DNA of 64,000 bases, taken from a virus. Lineage: Duplodnaviria; Caudoviricetes. Every line of letters begins with the position of its first letter. The first letter of the stretch is position 1. The position numbers were made by a program, and so were the translations under genes. Where the stretch lies: the IMG/VR virus record IMGVR_UViG_3300013426_000014, positions 160,001-224,000 of that record; one strand, given 5' to 3'. The notes beneath the pieces were generated by a model. The model saw only the letters and a program-made list of their open reading frames with translations, searched no databases and was not told the DNA's origin. Below, piece by piece: positions 34,580-44,504 of this stretch.

Positions 34580-35419
34580 ATGGACGAGATATACCAGAAA
34601 ATAGTTGTGTACGCGAATAATAAGCTGTATAGGGTCGAGCCGATATCCGATCTTAGTAAGAAGCCTCCGCGGGTGACTGTAAGGTCACTCGCGCGGACGT
34701 ATTATCCAGTACACGGCTGGCTGAAGTGTCTGAACGCGCCGGTCGTGTATATTGGTGATTTGTTTATCGACATAGCAGCTGAGAACGACGCGCAGATGGA
34801 GGATCCGGATGTTCAAACCCCGTACGTGTATGACGAATGGCTTTGTAATGATGACAATTACAAAATGCTGGCGGGGAAGATAGGGATGATTTACCAGCCA
34901 TTGAATGGATCGGGAGGCGAGCTCAAGGAAAACCAGCTTTTGACAAACTTGTACAATATAGATCATTTTGCCGCTGATGATGTAGTTGTGTTTGTCGATC
35001 CGGAACAGATGCGGACGAGGAATATATGCGGGAAGGATGAGTATGACATGTTTTACAAACGTGTCGCTTATATATGCGGGTCATTGTCTAAGGTGTATTG
35101 GGAGCAGAAGCGGGCAGACAATCCGAAAGTTGTGCCGCCGGATCCGAACGAGACGGAGACGCGGAGTTATCCCGCGGAGGTTGAGTATGTGACGTCGCCG
35201 TCGACGTCATATACAATAAAGAATGGTGACGAGATTGTCGATGCTGTGGACGGTTTGTTGTATTCGGATGGTGATAACACCAACATCGCGGTTAAGACGA
35301 AAGACGGCGCATATATGGTCAGAACCGTCCCGGGCGCGTTCGTCGTGTATGATGAGAGTTCCGCCAGGATTTCGGTGTTCCCGTCCGATCCGTTGACAGC
35401 GAAAGGAAAATCAAGTTAG
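34580..35419 (+). CDS. Hypothetical protein
   Basis: 279-aa ORF. Confidence 0.7.
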   Translation: MDEIYQKIVVYANNKLYRVEPISDLSKKPPRVTVRSLARTYYPVHGWLKCLNAPVVYIGDLFIDIAAENDAQMEDPDVQTPYVYDEWLCNDDNYKMLAGKIGMIYQPLNGSGGELKENQLLTNLYNIDHFAADDVVVFVDPEQMRTRNICGKDEYDMFYKRVAYICGSLSKVYWEQKRADNPKVVPPDPNETETRSYPAEVEYVTSPSTSYTIKNGDEIVDAVDGLLYSDGDNTNIAVKTKDGAYMVRTVPGAFVVYDESSARISVFPSDPLTAKGKSS

Positions 35420-35429
35420 CCGTCAATAA

Positions 35430-36239
35430 ATGGAATCTAAGATATACAGCGAGACAGAACTTAAGGATTTATTATCCAATAAGTTAGGTGTAGATAAAGA
35501 AGAAGCGAGATCATGTGTCACCACAGTCAGCAAGACACTTGATTCTATGGCTTCGCCGTTTGATGCGGAGGCGACGGCACGCAAGTGTTACGAGAAGGCG
35601 CAGCGGATGGGTCCGGAATATAAGTATCACGGCATGTCAGTTCAGGATATTCTCGATTGCTGGGACAGGAAAAACAAAGACGCGTGCGAATGTGGTAGGC
35701 TGGTCGACGATTTCATCGGTTCGATGCTCGATAAATCGGCGATGACGCCGGATGATTTCACCGGACTGAATGACAGGCTGAACGCGGCGAAGACAGAATG
35801 GCGTCGGAAAGTGGAATGCGCGGGGAAGACATTGGATACGCTCGCCGCAGCCGGGTATGAGTTTATGTCAAGGGAGCGTGACCTGTGTGATCCATTGAAG
35901 CGGATCCGCGGCAGGTTCGACGCGATTTATTACAAGGACGGCGCGGTGTGGCTGTTCGACTGGAAGTCCAACGATGAAATCACGGTCGAGAACAAGTACG
36001 AGAATTTTCACGGGCCGATGATGGGTTTCCCTGAATGTAAGTATTATCGGTATTCGATGCAATTGTATATATATAAGTACATATTGCGGATGTATTACGG
36101 TATCGGTAATGACATCAAGACCGCGTTCATTCAGATGACAGAGAACGATCCGGTTATATATAATACGGCGAATCTTCCGTACAGTGACGAATTCGTCAAT
36201 TCGGTTATAGAGTATGGTGCTATGCGCGCCGCCCGATAA
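35430..36239 (+). CDS. PD-(D/E)XK (RecB/Cas4-like) nuclease
   Basis: E...IRGRFDAI...LFDWKS...YSMQLYIY. Confidence 0.8.
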   Translation: MESKIYSETELKDLLSNKLGVDKEEARSCVTTVSKTLDSMASPFDAEATARKCYEKAQRMGPEYKYHGMSVQDILDCWDRKNKDACECGRLVDDFIGSMLDKSAMTPDDFTGLNDRLNAAKTEWRRKVECAGKTLDTLAAAGYEFMSRERDLCDPLKRIRGRFDAIYYKDGAVWLFDWKSNDEITVENKYENFHGPMMGFPECKYYRYSMQLYIYKYILRMYYGIGNDIKTAFIQMTENDPVIYNTANLPYSDEFVNSVIEYGAMRAAR

Positions 36240-36260
36240 ATATTCAAATAGAAATTCAGC

Positions 36261-36941
36261 GTGATGAGTGTTGTCATGTTAAGGAAACGGTCAGGCGTCA
36301 ATGAAGAAGAAATGGTTAATGTGCAGGTGTCTGATCCGAACATACAGAAACAGATAGCGCAGCTGAACGACGCGATTGCCAGGGCGGAGAAACAGTACAA
36401 CGACACGGTTACGCCGCTCAAGCAGAAGATAGCGGCGTTGCAGAAACAGGACGCGGCGAAGCAAGCGCAGTCAAGCGATCAACAGGGTCAAAGTCAACAG
36501 AACAATCAGCAGGACACGAACGAGTCATTGAAACGGGTTTACGCCGAATCGATCAGACGCTCGCGGAAACTGTACGAGTCTGTCAAATCGCGACGTGACG
36601 ACCTGACAGATTTGTTGATCGACATGTTCGCTGATATGGATCTGTCGTATTCTGTGTCTGATAAGGAATGTAAGAATATCGCGAGGAAGATGATCGGCGT
36701 GCTTGACGGTTTTGACGTCGAGGACGGTGATGTCTGGCCGGACGTCGAGGACGAGATACGGCTATATTTCAAGAATAATGGAATCAGCCTTTCCGGAAGG
36801 GAGAAAGACGACGTCATCGACAGCATACGCGAATGTATAAAGTCGATGCCGGAATACGAGTGGGTGTTCGGTGATAATAATGACGCGCTTGCGGATGACA
36901 TCGCGACGTTTTCAGACGGTGATGATATGGTCGTATTGTAG
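36261..36941 (+). CDS. Hypothetical protein, possible internal head protein
   Basis: GATAAATA at 36235; several (V/L/T)xE motifs; coiled-coil segment. Confidence 0.6.
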   Translation: MMSVVMLRKRSGVNEEEMVNVQVSDPNIQKQIAQLNDAIARAEKQYNDTVTPLKQKIAALQKQDAAKQAQSSDQQGQSQQNNQQDTNESLKRVYAESIRRSRKLYESVKSRRDDLTDLLIDMFADMDLSYSVSDKECKNIARKMIGVLDGFDVEDGDVWPDVEDEIRLYFKNNGISLSGREKDDVIDSIRECIKSMPEYEWVFGDNNDALADDIATFSDGDDMVVL

Positions 36942-36980
36942 TCATGTATCCATACTACCGTAAAAAATCGATAATGACAT

Positions 36981-37148
36981 ATGGCGTTTTGGGATAATAT
37001 ATTCAAGGATGACGATTCGGACATAGACGGGTTGCTTCGTGACGATGAAGACGATTTCGATATCGGATCAGATGATGACGATATTGACGACGGCGTTGAT
37101 GATGAACCGGATGATGACTCCGGTATGGACGACGAATGGGATTATTAA
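36981..37148 (+). CDS. Tiny hyper-acidic protein (55 aa)
   Basis: MAFWDNIFKDDDSDIDGLLRDDEDDFDIGSDDDDIDDGVDDEPDDDSGMDDEWDY; below the ORF-track cutoff; fills the intergenic gap. Confidence 0.6.
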   Translation: MAFWDNIFKDDDSDIDGLLRDDEDDFDIGSDDDDIDDGVDDEPDDDSGMDDEWDY

Positions 37149-37161
37149 TTTCTGACATTTT

Positions 37162-37422
37162 ATGAGTAAGTCATACAAAAAGGCCGTTTTTAAGGACAAC
37201 GGCATGGGCAAGGATATATTGCGCCGGCAGATCCGGAGCTCTCAGAAGAACTACATAAGATCTAATATTGACAAATTCCTTGATGACGGCGACGCGAACA
37301 TCCCGGACGGGAAGACGATAATGAATGATTACAACTGGTGCGACTACCGGTTTTATCATGAACACGCGAACAAGAAAAACCGTGACAATGATGAGTGGTA
37401 TAAGTTATTCAGACGGAAGTAA
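37162..37422 (+). CDS. Small basic hypothetical protein
   Basis: MSKSYKK...WYKLFRRK, a common phage small-protein pattern. Confidence 0.7.
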   Translation: MSKSYKKAVFKDNGMGKDILRRQIRSSQKNYIRSNIDKFLDDGDANIPDGKTIMNDYNWCDYRFYHEHANKKNRDNDEWYKLFRRK

Positions 37423-37825
37423 AGCGGAGATATTGTCACGTGTGTATAAGATAAATGTTGTTGAGCCGGAGTCGCTTGATACAGACAAGCTCATCGAAGA
37501 CATTCTTCTCACCGACACCGCGCTGTATGACTATATCGAGTTTTCTGGCAGTCCGCGGAATTGCATCTGGGTCGGTCGGATATGTCGGAATATGATAAAC
37601 GTAATGCGTCCCGAAATCAGGCCGGTGTTCGTGATCCGGTTCCCGTATGTCACGGCGAAGGACAAGGCGGATGTCGCGCGCGTTCCGCGTTATGATCTAT
37701 GGCCGTGGGATTATATCATCATAGATGACGGGTCTGGGACGGATCAGATACACAAGGTGTCTGTTTACGGCGGCACGTTTGTCGATCATGTCATGACAGA
37801 GAAAACAGACAAGATTGAAGTATAA
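37388..37825 (+). CDS. Hypothetical protein
   Basis: ORF coupled to the previous gene. Confidence 0.6.
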   Translation: MMSGISYSDGSKAEILSRVYKINVVEPESLDTDKLIEDILLTDTALYDYIEFSGSPRNCIWVGRICRNMINVMRPEIRPVFVIRFPYVTAKDKADVARVPRYDLWPWDYIIIDDGSGTDQIHKVSVYGGTFVDHVMTEKTDKIEV

Positions 37826-37919
37826 TTATTAAATATTTGTATTTCAGTTAGTTAAATATAAATATGAATTTCAGGTGAAAATTTTTCATCTGAAATTTTT
37901 TTATTTGAATAATTTGATA

Positions 37920-37927
37920 TATCTTTG
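37920..37927 (+). promoter_or_regulatory. Bacteroidota primary-sigma -7 element TAnnTTTG
   Basis: Same motif in AT-rich intergenic DNA at 37920, 40242, 43196, 45153, 45714 and 59162; TATATTCG variants at 52259 and 57553. Confidence 0.7.
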
Positions 37928-37978
37928 TGTTGTTAAAATTAACACAGTAAAGTTTAACATACAAAAACAACAGTTATT

Positions 37979-38611
37979 ATGGAAGCAAGAACATCAAGAA
38001 TCGAACTCACTAAAGCCGATGTTATCGGCATCACCGCGGCAATCATGACATGCAAGGTCAAGAGAATTGACGTCACGACACCGGTAAAGGCAAGGAAGTT
38101 TTTCAACCAGCTATTTACCGCCGCGCCGGCAATCAGTCCGTCTGTTCGCCCTTTGTGGAACAAGGCTGTCGCGAAGCACAGGTTAACGAACGAAACGACC
38201 GTCATGAACTTTTTCAAGGCGGCGGAGGTCAGGTCCGCGATACACGCCGACGCCGTCGGCCGTGGTTTAGAGTTCGTCGAGACGAAGGTTGAGAAGAATG
38301 AGAGAATCATCAAGAAAATCAAGGATGATCTTAAGGGACTGTACACGTTCGACGAGATAGAGATCACCAACCCGGATAATACGTTTGTCGTCCGCAACGC
38401 CGACGGTCTCGGCGATCCGATGTTTGTTGACGGCGGAGAGGAGTTTATTTCCGACCACATGCACGAGCTTAGCATGTTGTACAAGGCGATGACCGGCACG
38501 CCGTATTATGATGCTCGTCCGATCAGGTACACGACATGGCTTGCCAATCCGGAAAAACGCGATCGTACAAGAACCGTTGAGATTGATGTAAATGACATCG
38601 ACATCGATTAA
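37979..38611 (+). CDS. Hypothetical early protein
   Basis: 210-aa ORF after a host-type promoter. Confidence 0.75.
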   Translation: MEARTSRIELTKADVIGITAAIMTCKVKRIDVTTPVKARKFFNQLFTAAPAISPSVRPLWNKAVAKHRLTNETTVMNFFKAAEVRSAIHADAVGRGLEFVETKVEKNERIIKKIKDDLKGLYTFDEIEITNPDNTFVVRNADGLGDPMFVDGGEEFISDHMHELSMLYKAMTGTPYYDARPIRYTTWLANPEKRDRTRTVEIDVNDIDID

Positions 38612-38668
38612 AATTAAATGAAAATACGGGCAAGATTATTGATTGTTTTTACAAATATATAAAATCCA

Positions 38669-38908
38669 ATGAAAAAGTCTGAATTGTGTGATATGCTCAC
38701 GACCGATATCAAGAAGATCGGTGAGATGCATGAAAGATGGATGAACGTTCTGTATGAGGGGACGCCGGCGAAGGACCATATTGATGATCTTCCGAAAGCG
38801 GAACGGATTGCGATAGACCGCGCCTGCTTCTCGCTCAGTATTTTGTACACTTCATTTGATTATCTCGCGGATGTCATCGAGTTAAAACGTAGAAATTCAC
38901 TGCAATAG
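38669..38908 (+). CDS. Hypothetical protein
   Basis: 79-aa ORF. Confidence 0.6.
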   Translation: MKKSELCDMLTTDIKKIGEMHERWMNVLYEGTPAKDHIDDLPKAERIAIDRACFSLSILYTSFDYLADVIELKRRNSLQ

Positions 38909-38918
38909 AATTTTAGAT

Positions 38919-39327
38919 ATGACAGTATTGGTGTATATAATTGTGTATATGCTGACTGGCGTCATACTTGCGTCGGCGATTTATACGATAGAAAAGAGAT
39001 CTTAATTTCTGGCACAAAAAAATATTTGCTTTCGTTGATGATGAAAGATACCATCTGCAGAGTGAGGTCAATGATGCGGAGTCCGATGCGGAGTCCGTAA
39101 ACGTGATATTCACTGTGTTGTCTGCGTTCATATGGCCGCTGCCGATTTTCATCATCATCCTGTATGGATTGCTGATGCTAGTTAGAAAGATAACAGTATG
39201 TTGTGTCAACGGCATTATCGACATTTTTATCAAGGCTGACGGCAAAGATAACACGAAAGCAACGGTGAAAAAGAGCGTCGATTGTGAAAAAGAAGAAGAC
39301 ACAAAAGAAGAAGACACATGGTTTTAA
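38919..39327 (+). pseudogene. Membrane protein gene with apparent frameshift
   Basis: Hydrophobic start MTVLVYIIVYMLTGVILASAIY stops at TAA ~39003; another frame continues from ~38992 into the 39103-39327 TM segment. Confidence 0.45.
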
Positions 39328-39527
39328 TGATTAATTCTACCGGGAATGATCAGTAAAGTTTATTATGTCAGGGTCGGCATATATTGTGGTACCGCCATGA
39401 CATTACGAGACGCGGAAGAGATGGAGAAGCATTTCACCCGCATGACGGACGAGCTTGATCACAGGTTTGATGTCAATACCGGATATGTAGTCGGTAAAAA
39501 ATCTGAATCGTGAACAGTATAATTTAT

Positions 39528-40043
39528 ATGGAGAACAAAAGTAACAATTTAGATAAGATCAGACAAGCGCGCCGCGCGGGTAACGGCGGGACGCAGGAGT
39601 ATTTTACACCGCGGCCGCTTGTCGACATGATGCTTGACAAGCTTCCCGACGATGTGTTCACTGATTTCGGCAAGACGATATTGGAGCCGTCCGCCGGTAA
39701 TGGTAATTTTGTTATCGCGATACTCGAACGGAGATTCGAGAATATCAATCATATAACGGAAATTACGATGGCGTTGTCCACCGTTTACGCGGTTGAGTTG
39801 ATGCCGGATAATGTCAACGAGATGAAAGATCGGATCAAGGACATTGTTTATAAAAAATGTAGGGAACTGTATGCCGCGCTGAACGCGCCGGATGACGTCG
39901 CCGTGAAAGAGATTGACGACATGTGGAGCAGCACGTTCAAACCGGTGATTGATCATAACATCGTTTGTCATGATTTCTTCACATGGGATTTTGAGAGGTG
40001 GGAACCCCTTTCTGTCGGGGAGAAGGCACCGGCGCTGTTCTAA
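39528..40043 (+). CDS. Amino-methyltransferase N-terminal (SAM-binding) module
   Basis: EYFTPRPLVDMML and ILEPSAGNGNF motifs; no NPPY. Confidence 0.8.
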   Translation: MENKSNNLDKIRQARRAGNGGTQEYFTPRPLVDMMLDKLPDDVFTDFGKTILEPSAGNGNFVIAILERRFENINHITEITMALSTVYAVELMPDNVNEMKDRIKDIVYKKCRELYAALNAPDDVAVKEIDDMWSSTFKPVIDHNIVCHDFFTWDFERWEPLSVGEKAPALF

Positions 40044-40271
40044 CGTCGGATAAATACAAAGAACAAGATTGATTGGTTAATTTCATCATTTTTTGCTTTC
40101 ATACAATAATACAAGTTTTTAGGGATTAGAGATGCCGCGAGGCCGTCGCGAGACGGCGCGGACGGAAAGATTCCGGATCCGGTGTGAACCGCATCCGGAT
40201 ATTTTTTATATGAAATGTTTTCATATTTGAAATATTACTGCTATATTTGCTGTAACAAAAATACGTGCGAT

Positions 40272-42200
40272 ATGAAAATAATGAAATCATTTGATCTTGT
40301 AAATAACATTGTGACTGACATTGTTCCGTCTGATTGGGGTGAATACCGGCATGATCCGATGTGGATATACGTCTTGACGACAAATGAGCTTGAACGCGAG
40401 GGGATCGTCAAGATCGGGGAGTCTCATAACCCAGAAAGCCGTGTCGTTCAGCTGTGCAATGCGAATGCCGGCAAGCCCGCGCTGCTGCCAGACGAACGGT
40501 GGTTTACAAAATATAAAGTGCTGGTGCCGGAGTCATACACAGGGTACGTGAATGATAAAGGCAAGTACAAGACACGTATATCTGGGTTTGATCATGAAGT
40601 TCATTCGTATCTTGTCAAAAGGCATGGAATAATACGTGTAGAGAATCATCCGAAATATCCGGATAACACCGAACTTTTCCGGATAAGTCCGGAGACGGCG
40701 CATGACATGATCTGTGAATATTTCGGCGCGGAACCGGATAACCGCCGTGTTCGCAGGCCGAACGATGTCAAGATTGTTTACACACCGGCCGATTGCGTGA
40801 AGACGATGTTTGACCGGTATATGTTCAAGATGCGGCCGGGATGTGTGTCGCCTGATCATAAGATGGCCGATAATTTTGATTTGTCGCAAAGGAGCAGAAA
40901 GGAACCGTTTACCATCTGCACGATGATAGCGAAAAACGCGGTGTTCATCAACGCGGCCATCGACAGGTTTGTCAAATGCACAAAAGGAATGGGAAAGGCA
41001 GAGATAATAAAGCGGTGCCTGGCTGATAACATATACGCGTATTGTTATACAGAGAATTGTAAGAACGCGGTAAAAGAGCAGATCCGCAATCATATAATAT
41101 ATGAGCTTAATATAAAGATGGACGGCAGGATTATCGATGAGCTTGTCGACAACGGAAACATACGCGCGATTTATTCAATGGAAGACAGCAGAAAAGAAAT
41201 GGAAAGCAAAATCGCCGATTGCATCGGCGGCAGACGATTCGACGCGGTGGTGATGAATCCGCCGTATGACAGCGGGCTTCATTTGAAGTTTTTGAGAAAG
41301 GCGCTGGAGATATCGGATCAGTATGTGTTGACTATACAGCCGGCGGCATGGCTTGTCGGGTGTCAGACATCGAATGATGATACGAAGGCGATCGTGAAAG
41401 CAGCCGACATGTATCATACCGTTGTCGACAGCGTCCACGGGACGACGATGTTCAACAACGACGCGATGATCGCCGGCGAGATCACTATCGATTTCTTTGA
41501 CAAGAAAGATCCGGACAGATGCCTGATGTTCAACGGGAACAGGTATGACCGGTGCGCCGATGTTGATTTGTATAAACATTCGGACAAGTATGTGAATTTC
41601 ATAAAGTTTATAGATGAACTTGTACAAAAGAACGGTAGTGTAGAAAGTCATATATTGCGTAGTCCGAACGCGAAGTCAAAGATTTTCAGTAAGAACTGTA
41701 TTGATTATGATAATACCGACTCACCTGTTATACGAATGACTGGCTTCGCTGGTGATAAAAAAATAAGGTCTAAATCGAACGGTGATTTTTGGACACTTGG
41801 TTTGGGAAAAGGTGACGGTAAGAGCGCAAAATCTGTTATATGTCGGAATATATCGGAGTTTAATAAAACGGATAAAAATGAAGACCGACTTGATGTTTAT
41901 ATTCGTTTTTATGACAAATTAAATCGGGATAATTGCTATAATTATTTCAAGACGGACTTCGCCAGAATATGTGTCAAGCGCAAAAAACATAATGAACATT
42001 TGGATGCCGGTCCATTGCGTTATGTTCCGTTCTTTGACTTCTCCGATAAAAGGTTTTCCGGTTCCCCGACTGATATAGATAACGTGATATTCAGTATGTA
42101 CACAGATTGGTGTGTCCAGCATCTGATCGAGCCGGATACAGATATCGTTCGTTATTATATCGAAGACGAGCTTCCAGATTTCTATAAAATCAGAAAATAA
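40272..42200 (+). CDS. T5orf172/GIY-YIG-like domain fused to a methyltransferase-like region
   Basis: WIYVL...VKIGES...RV.QL...ELF N-terminus; FDAVVMNPPY; degenerate SAM motif. Confidence 0.75.
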   Translation: MKIMKSFDLVNNIVTDIVPSDWGEYRHDPMWIYVLTTNELEREGIVKIGESHNPESRVVQLCNANAGKPALLPDERWFTKYKVLVPESYTGYVNDKGKYKTRISGFDHEVHSYLVKRHGIIRVENHPKYPDNTELFRISPETAHDMICEYFGAEPDNRRVRRPNDVKIVYTPADCVKTMFDRYMFKMRPGCVSPDHKMADNFDLSQRSRKEPFTICTMIAKNAVFINAAIDRFVKCTKGMGKAEIIKRCLADNIYAYCYTENCKNAVKEQIRNHIIYELNIKMDGRIIDELVDNGNIRAIYSMEDSRKEMESKIADCIGGRRFDAVVMNPPYDSGLHLKFLRKALEISDQYVLTIQPAAWLVGCQTSNDDTKAIVKAADMYHTVVDSVHGTTMFNNDAMIAGEITIDFFDKKDPDRCLMFNGNRYDRCADVDLYKHSDKYVNFIKFIDELVQKNGSVESHILRSPNAKSKIFSKNCIDYDNTDSPVIRMTGFAGDKKIRSKSNGDFWTLGLGKGDGKSAKSVICRNISEFNKTDKNEDRLDVYIRFYDKLNRDNCYNYFKTDFARICVKRKKHNEHLDAGPLRYVPFFDFSDKRFSGSPTDIDNVIFSMYTDWCVQHLIEPDTDIVRYYIEDELPDFYKIRK

Positions 42201-42466
42201 CGTTTTTTTTGATTTCTTGTGAATAAATAAAAAAATGAATGACCATTCATATATAATATATGTAGGTTGTTTTATTGGAATATGAGAAAATTTGAGAACA
42301 TATTTAATTCATGGCCGCTGAATAAACGGTTTGAATCATTGTATCTCGGTGTTTCCATTAAACGATATAATATGGATGACATAGAAGAATAAGGCTATTC
42401 TCATAATTGTATAATTTTTTGAGTTTCCGAATTCTTCGATAAGTTGAATCCGGAAATTTTTTATAA

Positions 42467-42540
42467 GCGTCCGTCGCCCAATCGGATAGAGCGCCGCACT
42501 ACGGATGCGGAGGTTCGGGGTTCGAATCCTCGCGGACGCG
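42467..42540 (+). tRNA. tRNA-Arg(ACG)
   Basis: Cloverleaf; CCGCA-CT ACG GA-TGCGG. Confidence 0.93.
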
Positions 42541-42547
42541 CGAATAT

Positions 42548-42631
42548 GGCCCGGTGATGAAATGGAAGCCATAACTGATTTAAGTCCAGTCGGGCCGCAG
42601 GCCCATGCGGGTTCGAATCCCGCCCGGGCTA
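42548..42631 (+). tRNA. tRNA-Leu(TAA)
   Basis: ACTGA-TT TAA GT-CCAGT; long variable arm. Confidence 0.85.
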
Positions 42632-42647
42632 CGAGAAAATAATGTAT

Positions 42648-42735
42648 GGGGAGGCTGCTCAGACGGCGGATGGGCGCCGGACTGTAAATCCGGTACAATG
42701 ACACGCAGCGGGTTCGAATCCCGCCTTCCCCACCA
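42648..42735 (+). tRNA. tRNA-Tyr(GTA)
   Basis: CCGGA-CT GTA AA-TCCGG; encoded CCA. Confidence 0.92.
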
Positions 42736-42743
42736 GATATAAT

Positions 42744-42829
42744 GGAAGGGTCGCATAGTTGGCTTAGTGCGCCGGTCTTGAAAACCGGAGGCCTTGATGG
42801 GTCCGCGGGTTCGAATCCCGCCCTTTCCG
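42744..42829 (+). tRNA. tRNA-Ser(TGA)
   Basis: CCGGT-CT TGA AA-ACCGG; long variable arm. Confidence 0.92.
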
Positions 42830-42835
42830 CGGTAC

Positions 42836-42906
42836 GCCCCTGTCGCTAATGGTGAAGCAGACAGTCTCCAAAACTGTTAATGCCTGTTCGAGTCGGGCCG
42901 GGGGTG
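42836..42906 (+). tRNA. tRNA-Trp(CCA)
   Basis: ACAGT-CT CCA AA-ACTGT; compact D arm; G discriminator. Confidence 0.85.
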
Positions 42907-42922
42907 CGAAATATTGGAAGTT

Positions 42923-43150
42923 ATGGATTTGAGTTTTGATGATTTCAGGGCGGATGTCATGTCCGCGGCGGCGGAGCGTCCGTCATACATAAGGTTCGGA
43001 CAGGCGGTGTTCAACTACATAGACGAGATGTACGGTGTCGCGAGGGACGTACAGTTCGTCGACGGTATAGATTGCTTTTACAATGATAATGACGCCGACA
43101 TGTTCATGGTGGCGGCGTGGAGACGGGTTACCGCGACCGGCGGAAAATAA
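42923..43150 (+). CDS. Hypothetical protein
   Basis: RFGQAVFN...DCFYND, a common phage small-protein pattern. Confidence 0.7.
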   Translation: MDLSFDDFRADVMSAAAERPSYIRFGQAVFNYIDEMYGVARDVQFVDGIDCFYNDNDADMFMVAAWRRVTATGGK

Positions 43151-43258
43151 AGTGAAAAAAGTTCGCGAAAAATTTTTTGTTTAGAAAATATTCGTTATCT
43201 TTGCATTGTTGATTGTAACGGCATAATAATTTACGGCCTCCGAAAGGGGGTCAATGAC

Positions 43259-43335
43259 AGGGAGCTGGCGCAACGGTCGAGCGCGCGTGCCTGATACGCA
43301 TGAGGTTCCGGGTTCGAATCCCGGGTTCCCTACCA
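43259..43335 (+). tRNA. tRNA-Ile(GAT)
   Basis: CGTGC-CT GAT AC-GCATG; encoded CCA. Confidence 0.9.
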
Positions 43336-43345
43336 GAAAATAAAA

Positions 43346-43417
43346 GGGCCTTTCGTATAACGGTCATTACGGCGGACTGTTAATCCGTTTATCCGGGTTC
43401 GAATCCCGGTTGGCCCG
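43346..43417 (+). tRNA. tRNA-Asn(GTT)
   Basis: GCGGA-CT GTT AA-TCCGT. Confidence 0.9.
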
Positions 43418-43426
43418 CGAAAGGAT

Positions 43427-43500
43427 GCGCTTGTAGCTCAGTTGGTAGAGCACGTGACTTTTAATCACGGGGTCGCAGGGTTCGAGTCCCGCCGGGCGTA
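43427..43500 (+). tRNA. tRNA-Lys(TTT)
   Basis: CGTGA-CT TTT AA-TCACG. Confidence 0.92.
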
Positions 43501-43516
43501 CGATGATCTTTGACAC

Positions 43517-43685
43517 AACAGCGGCCGGGTCGGGAAGAGCAAGGCACAGCCAAAAACTAAGTATGATGACGGGCGGCAGCATGCGGCCGTGGCCGCAATT
43601 AGAAAAGTTTGAGGTGATGCACGTAGGACCACGCTTCCGATCATGACGGATGCAGTTCTAACGTATGGTAATGACGGCCGCTGTT
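43517..43685 (+). ncRNA. Unidentified structured RNA between tRNAs
   Basis: 11-bp perfect closing stem AACAGCGGCCG/CGGCCGCTGTT plus inner helices. Confidence 0.55.
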
Positions 43686-43696
43686 CGCACAATGAT

Positions 43697-43770
43697 GCCT
43701 GGGTGACGGAACTGGTATACGTACGCCGCTCAAACCGGCGGTTCTGCAGGTTCGATTCCTGCCCTGGGCA
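43697..43770 (+). tRNA. tRNA-Leu(CAA), short variable loop
   Basis: CGCCG-CT CAA AC-CGGCG. Confidence 0.9.
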
Positions 43771-43934
43771 CGCATTAGTCAGTTGAAGTCGACGCTAAGA
43801 AACTGACAACCTGACGCGGCAAGTCGGCGTCGTCGGTCAGGGGGCGATGACACATGAGGACTGCCGTCTTTGACACGGCAGAATGTCATGAGGGGTGACG
43901 CCCGGGATTAACAACCATGAAGATCACCCAATAT

Positions 43935-44005
43935 ATCCATGTCGTTCAGCGGAAGGACCGGACGCTTCTAACGTCCAGACGGGGGTTCGAATCCTCCCTT
44001 GGGTA
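43935..44005 (+). tRNA. tRNA-Arg(TCT)
   Basis: GGACG-CT TCT AA-CGTCC. Confidence 0.85.
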
Positions 44006-44018
44006 CAGGATATACGTC

Positions 44019-44092
44019 GCCCCGGTGGTGAAATTGGCAGACACGTCTGACTTAGGATCAGAAGGTTCAGGGTTCGAGTCCCTGCTGGGGCA
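44019..44092 (+). tRNA. tRNA-Leu(TAG), short variable loop
   Basis: TCTGA-CT TAG GA-TCAGA. Confidence 0.9.
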
Positions 44093-44106
44093 CAAAATAT
44101 TGATAC

Positions 44107-44178
44107 GCCGCCGTCATCTAACGGTCAGGATTCCGGATTTTCATTCCGGCAACCCGGGTTCGAGTCCCGGCGGCGGTG
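44107..44178 (+). tRNA. tRNA-Glu(TTC)
   Basis: CCGGA-TT TTC AT-TCCGG. Confidence 0.92.
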
Positions 44179-44183
44179 CGAAT

Positions 44184-44256
44184 GGGGAGGTGGCAGATGA
44201 GGTCATTGCGCCGGTCTGAAAAACCGGAGGAGCCGGATCGTTACCGGCCCGCCCCA
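44184..44256 (+). tRNA. tRNA-Phe(GAA)
   Basis: CCGGT-CT GAA AA-ACCGG; atypical T loop ATCGTTA. Confidence 0.82.
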
Positions 44257-44340
44257 CGATACGTTATTAAGCAGCCGAAATTGCTGTCCCGTAACCACGT
44301 AAATCGGGCGCGACGAAAGGGCGGTTGAAACAGCCCGTAC

Positions 44341-44412
44341 GGTTCTATAGGTCAACGGTCAGACTAAGTGCCTCTTAAGCATTGGATCCGGGTTCGAGTC
44401 CCGGTGGAACCA
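44341..44412 (+). tRNA. tRNA-Lys(CTT)
   Basis: AGTGC-CT CTT AA-GCATT. Confidence 0.9.
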
Positions 44413-44504
44413 CAGGGCGGGATACAACTGAATCTGTCATAACAGCAGGGTTGGAATACCCTGTGTATGTGTGAAGGATATGAGTGGTTCCTGCCTGAAT
44501 GATA

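Noticed and set aside
42744-42829. tRNA with TGA in its loop as an opal suppressor
   Set aside because: Anticodon UGA reads UCA (Ser) codons; this is an ordinary tRNA-Ser
43935-44005. Amber suppressor (CTA visible in the loop)
   Set aside because: Correct loop register CT-TCT-AA gives Arg(TCT)
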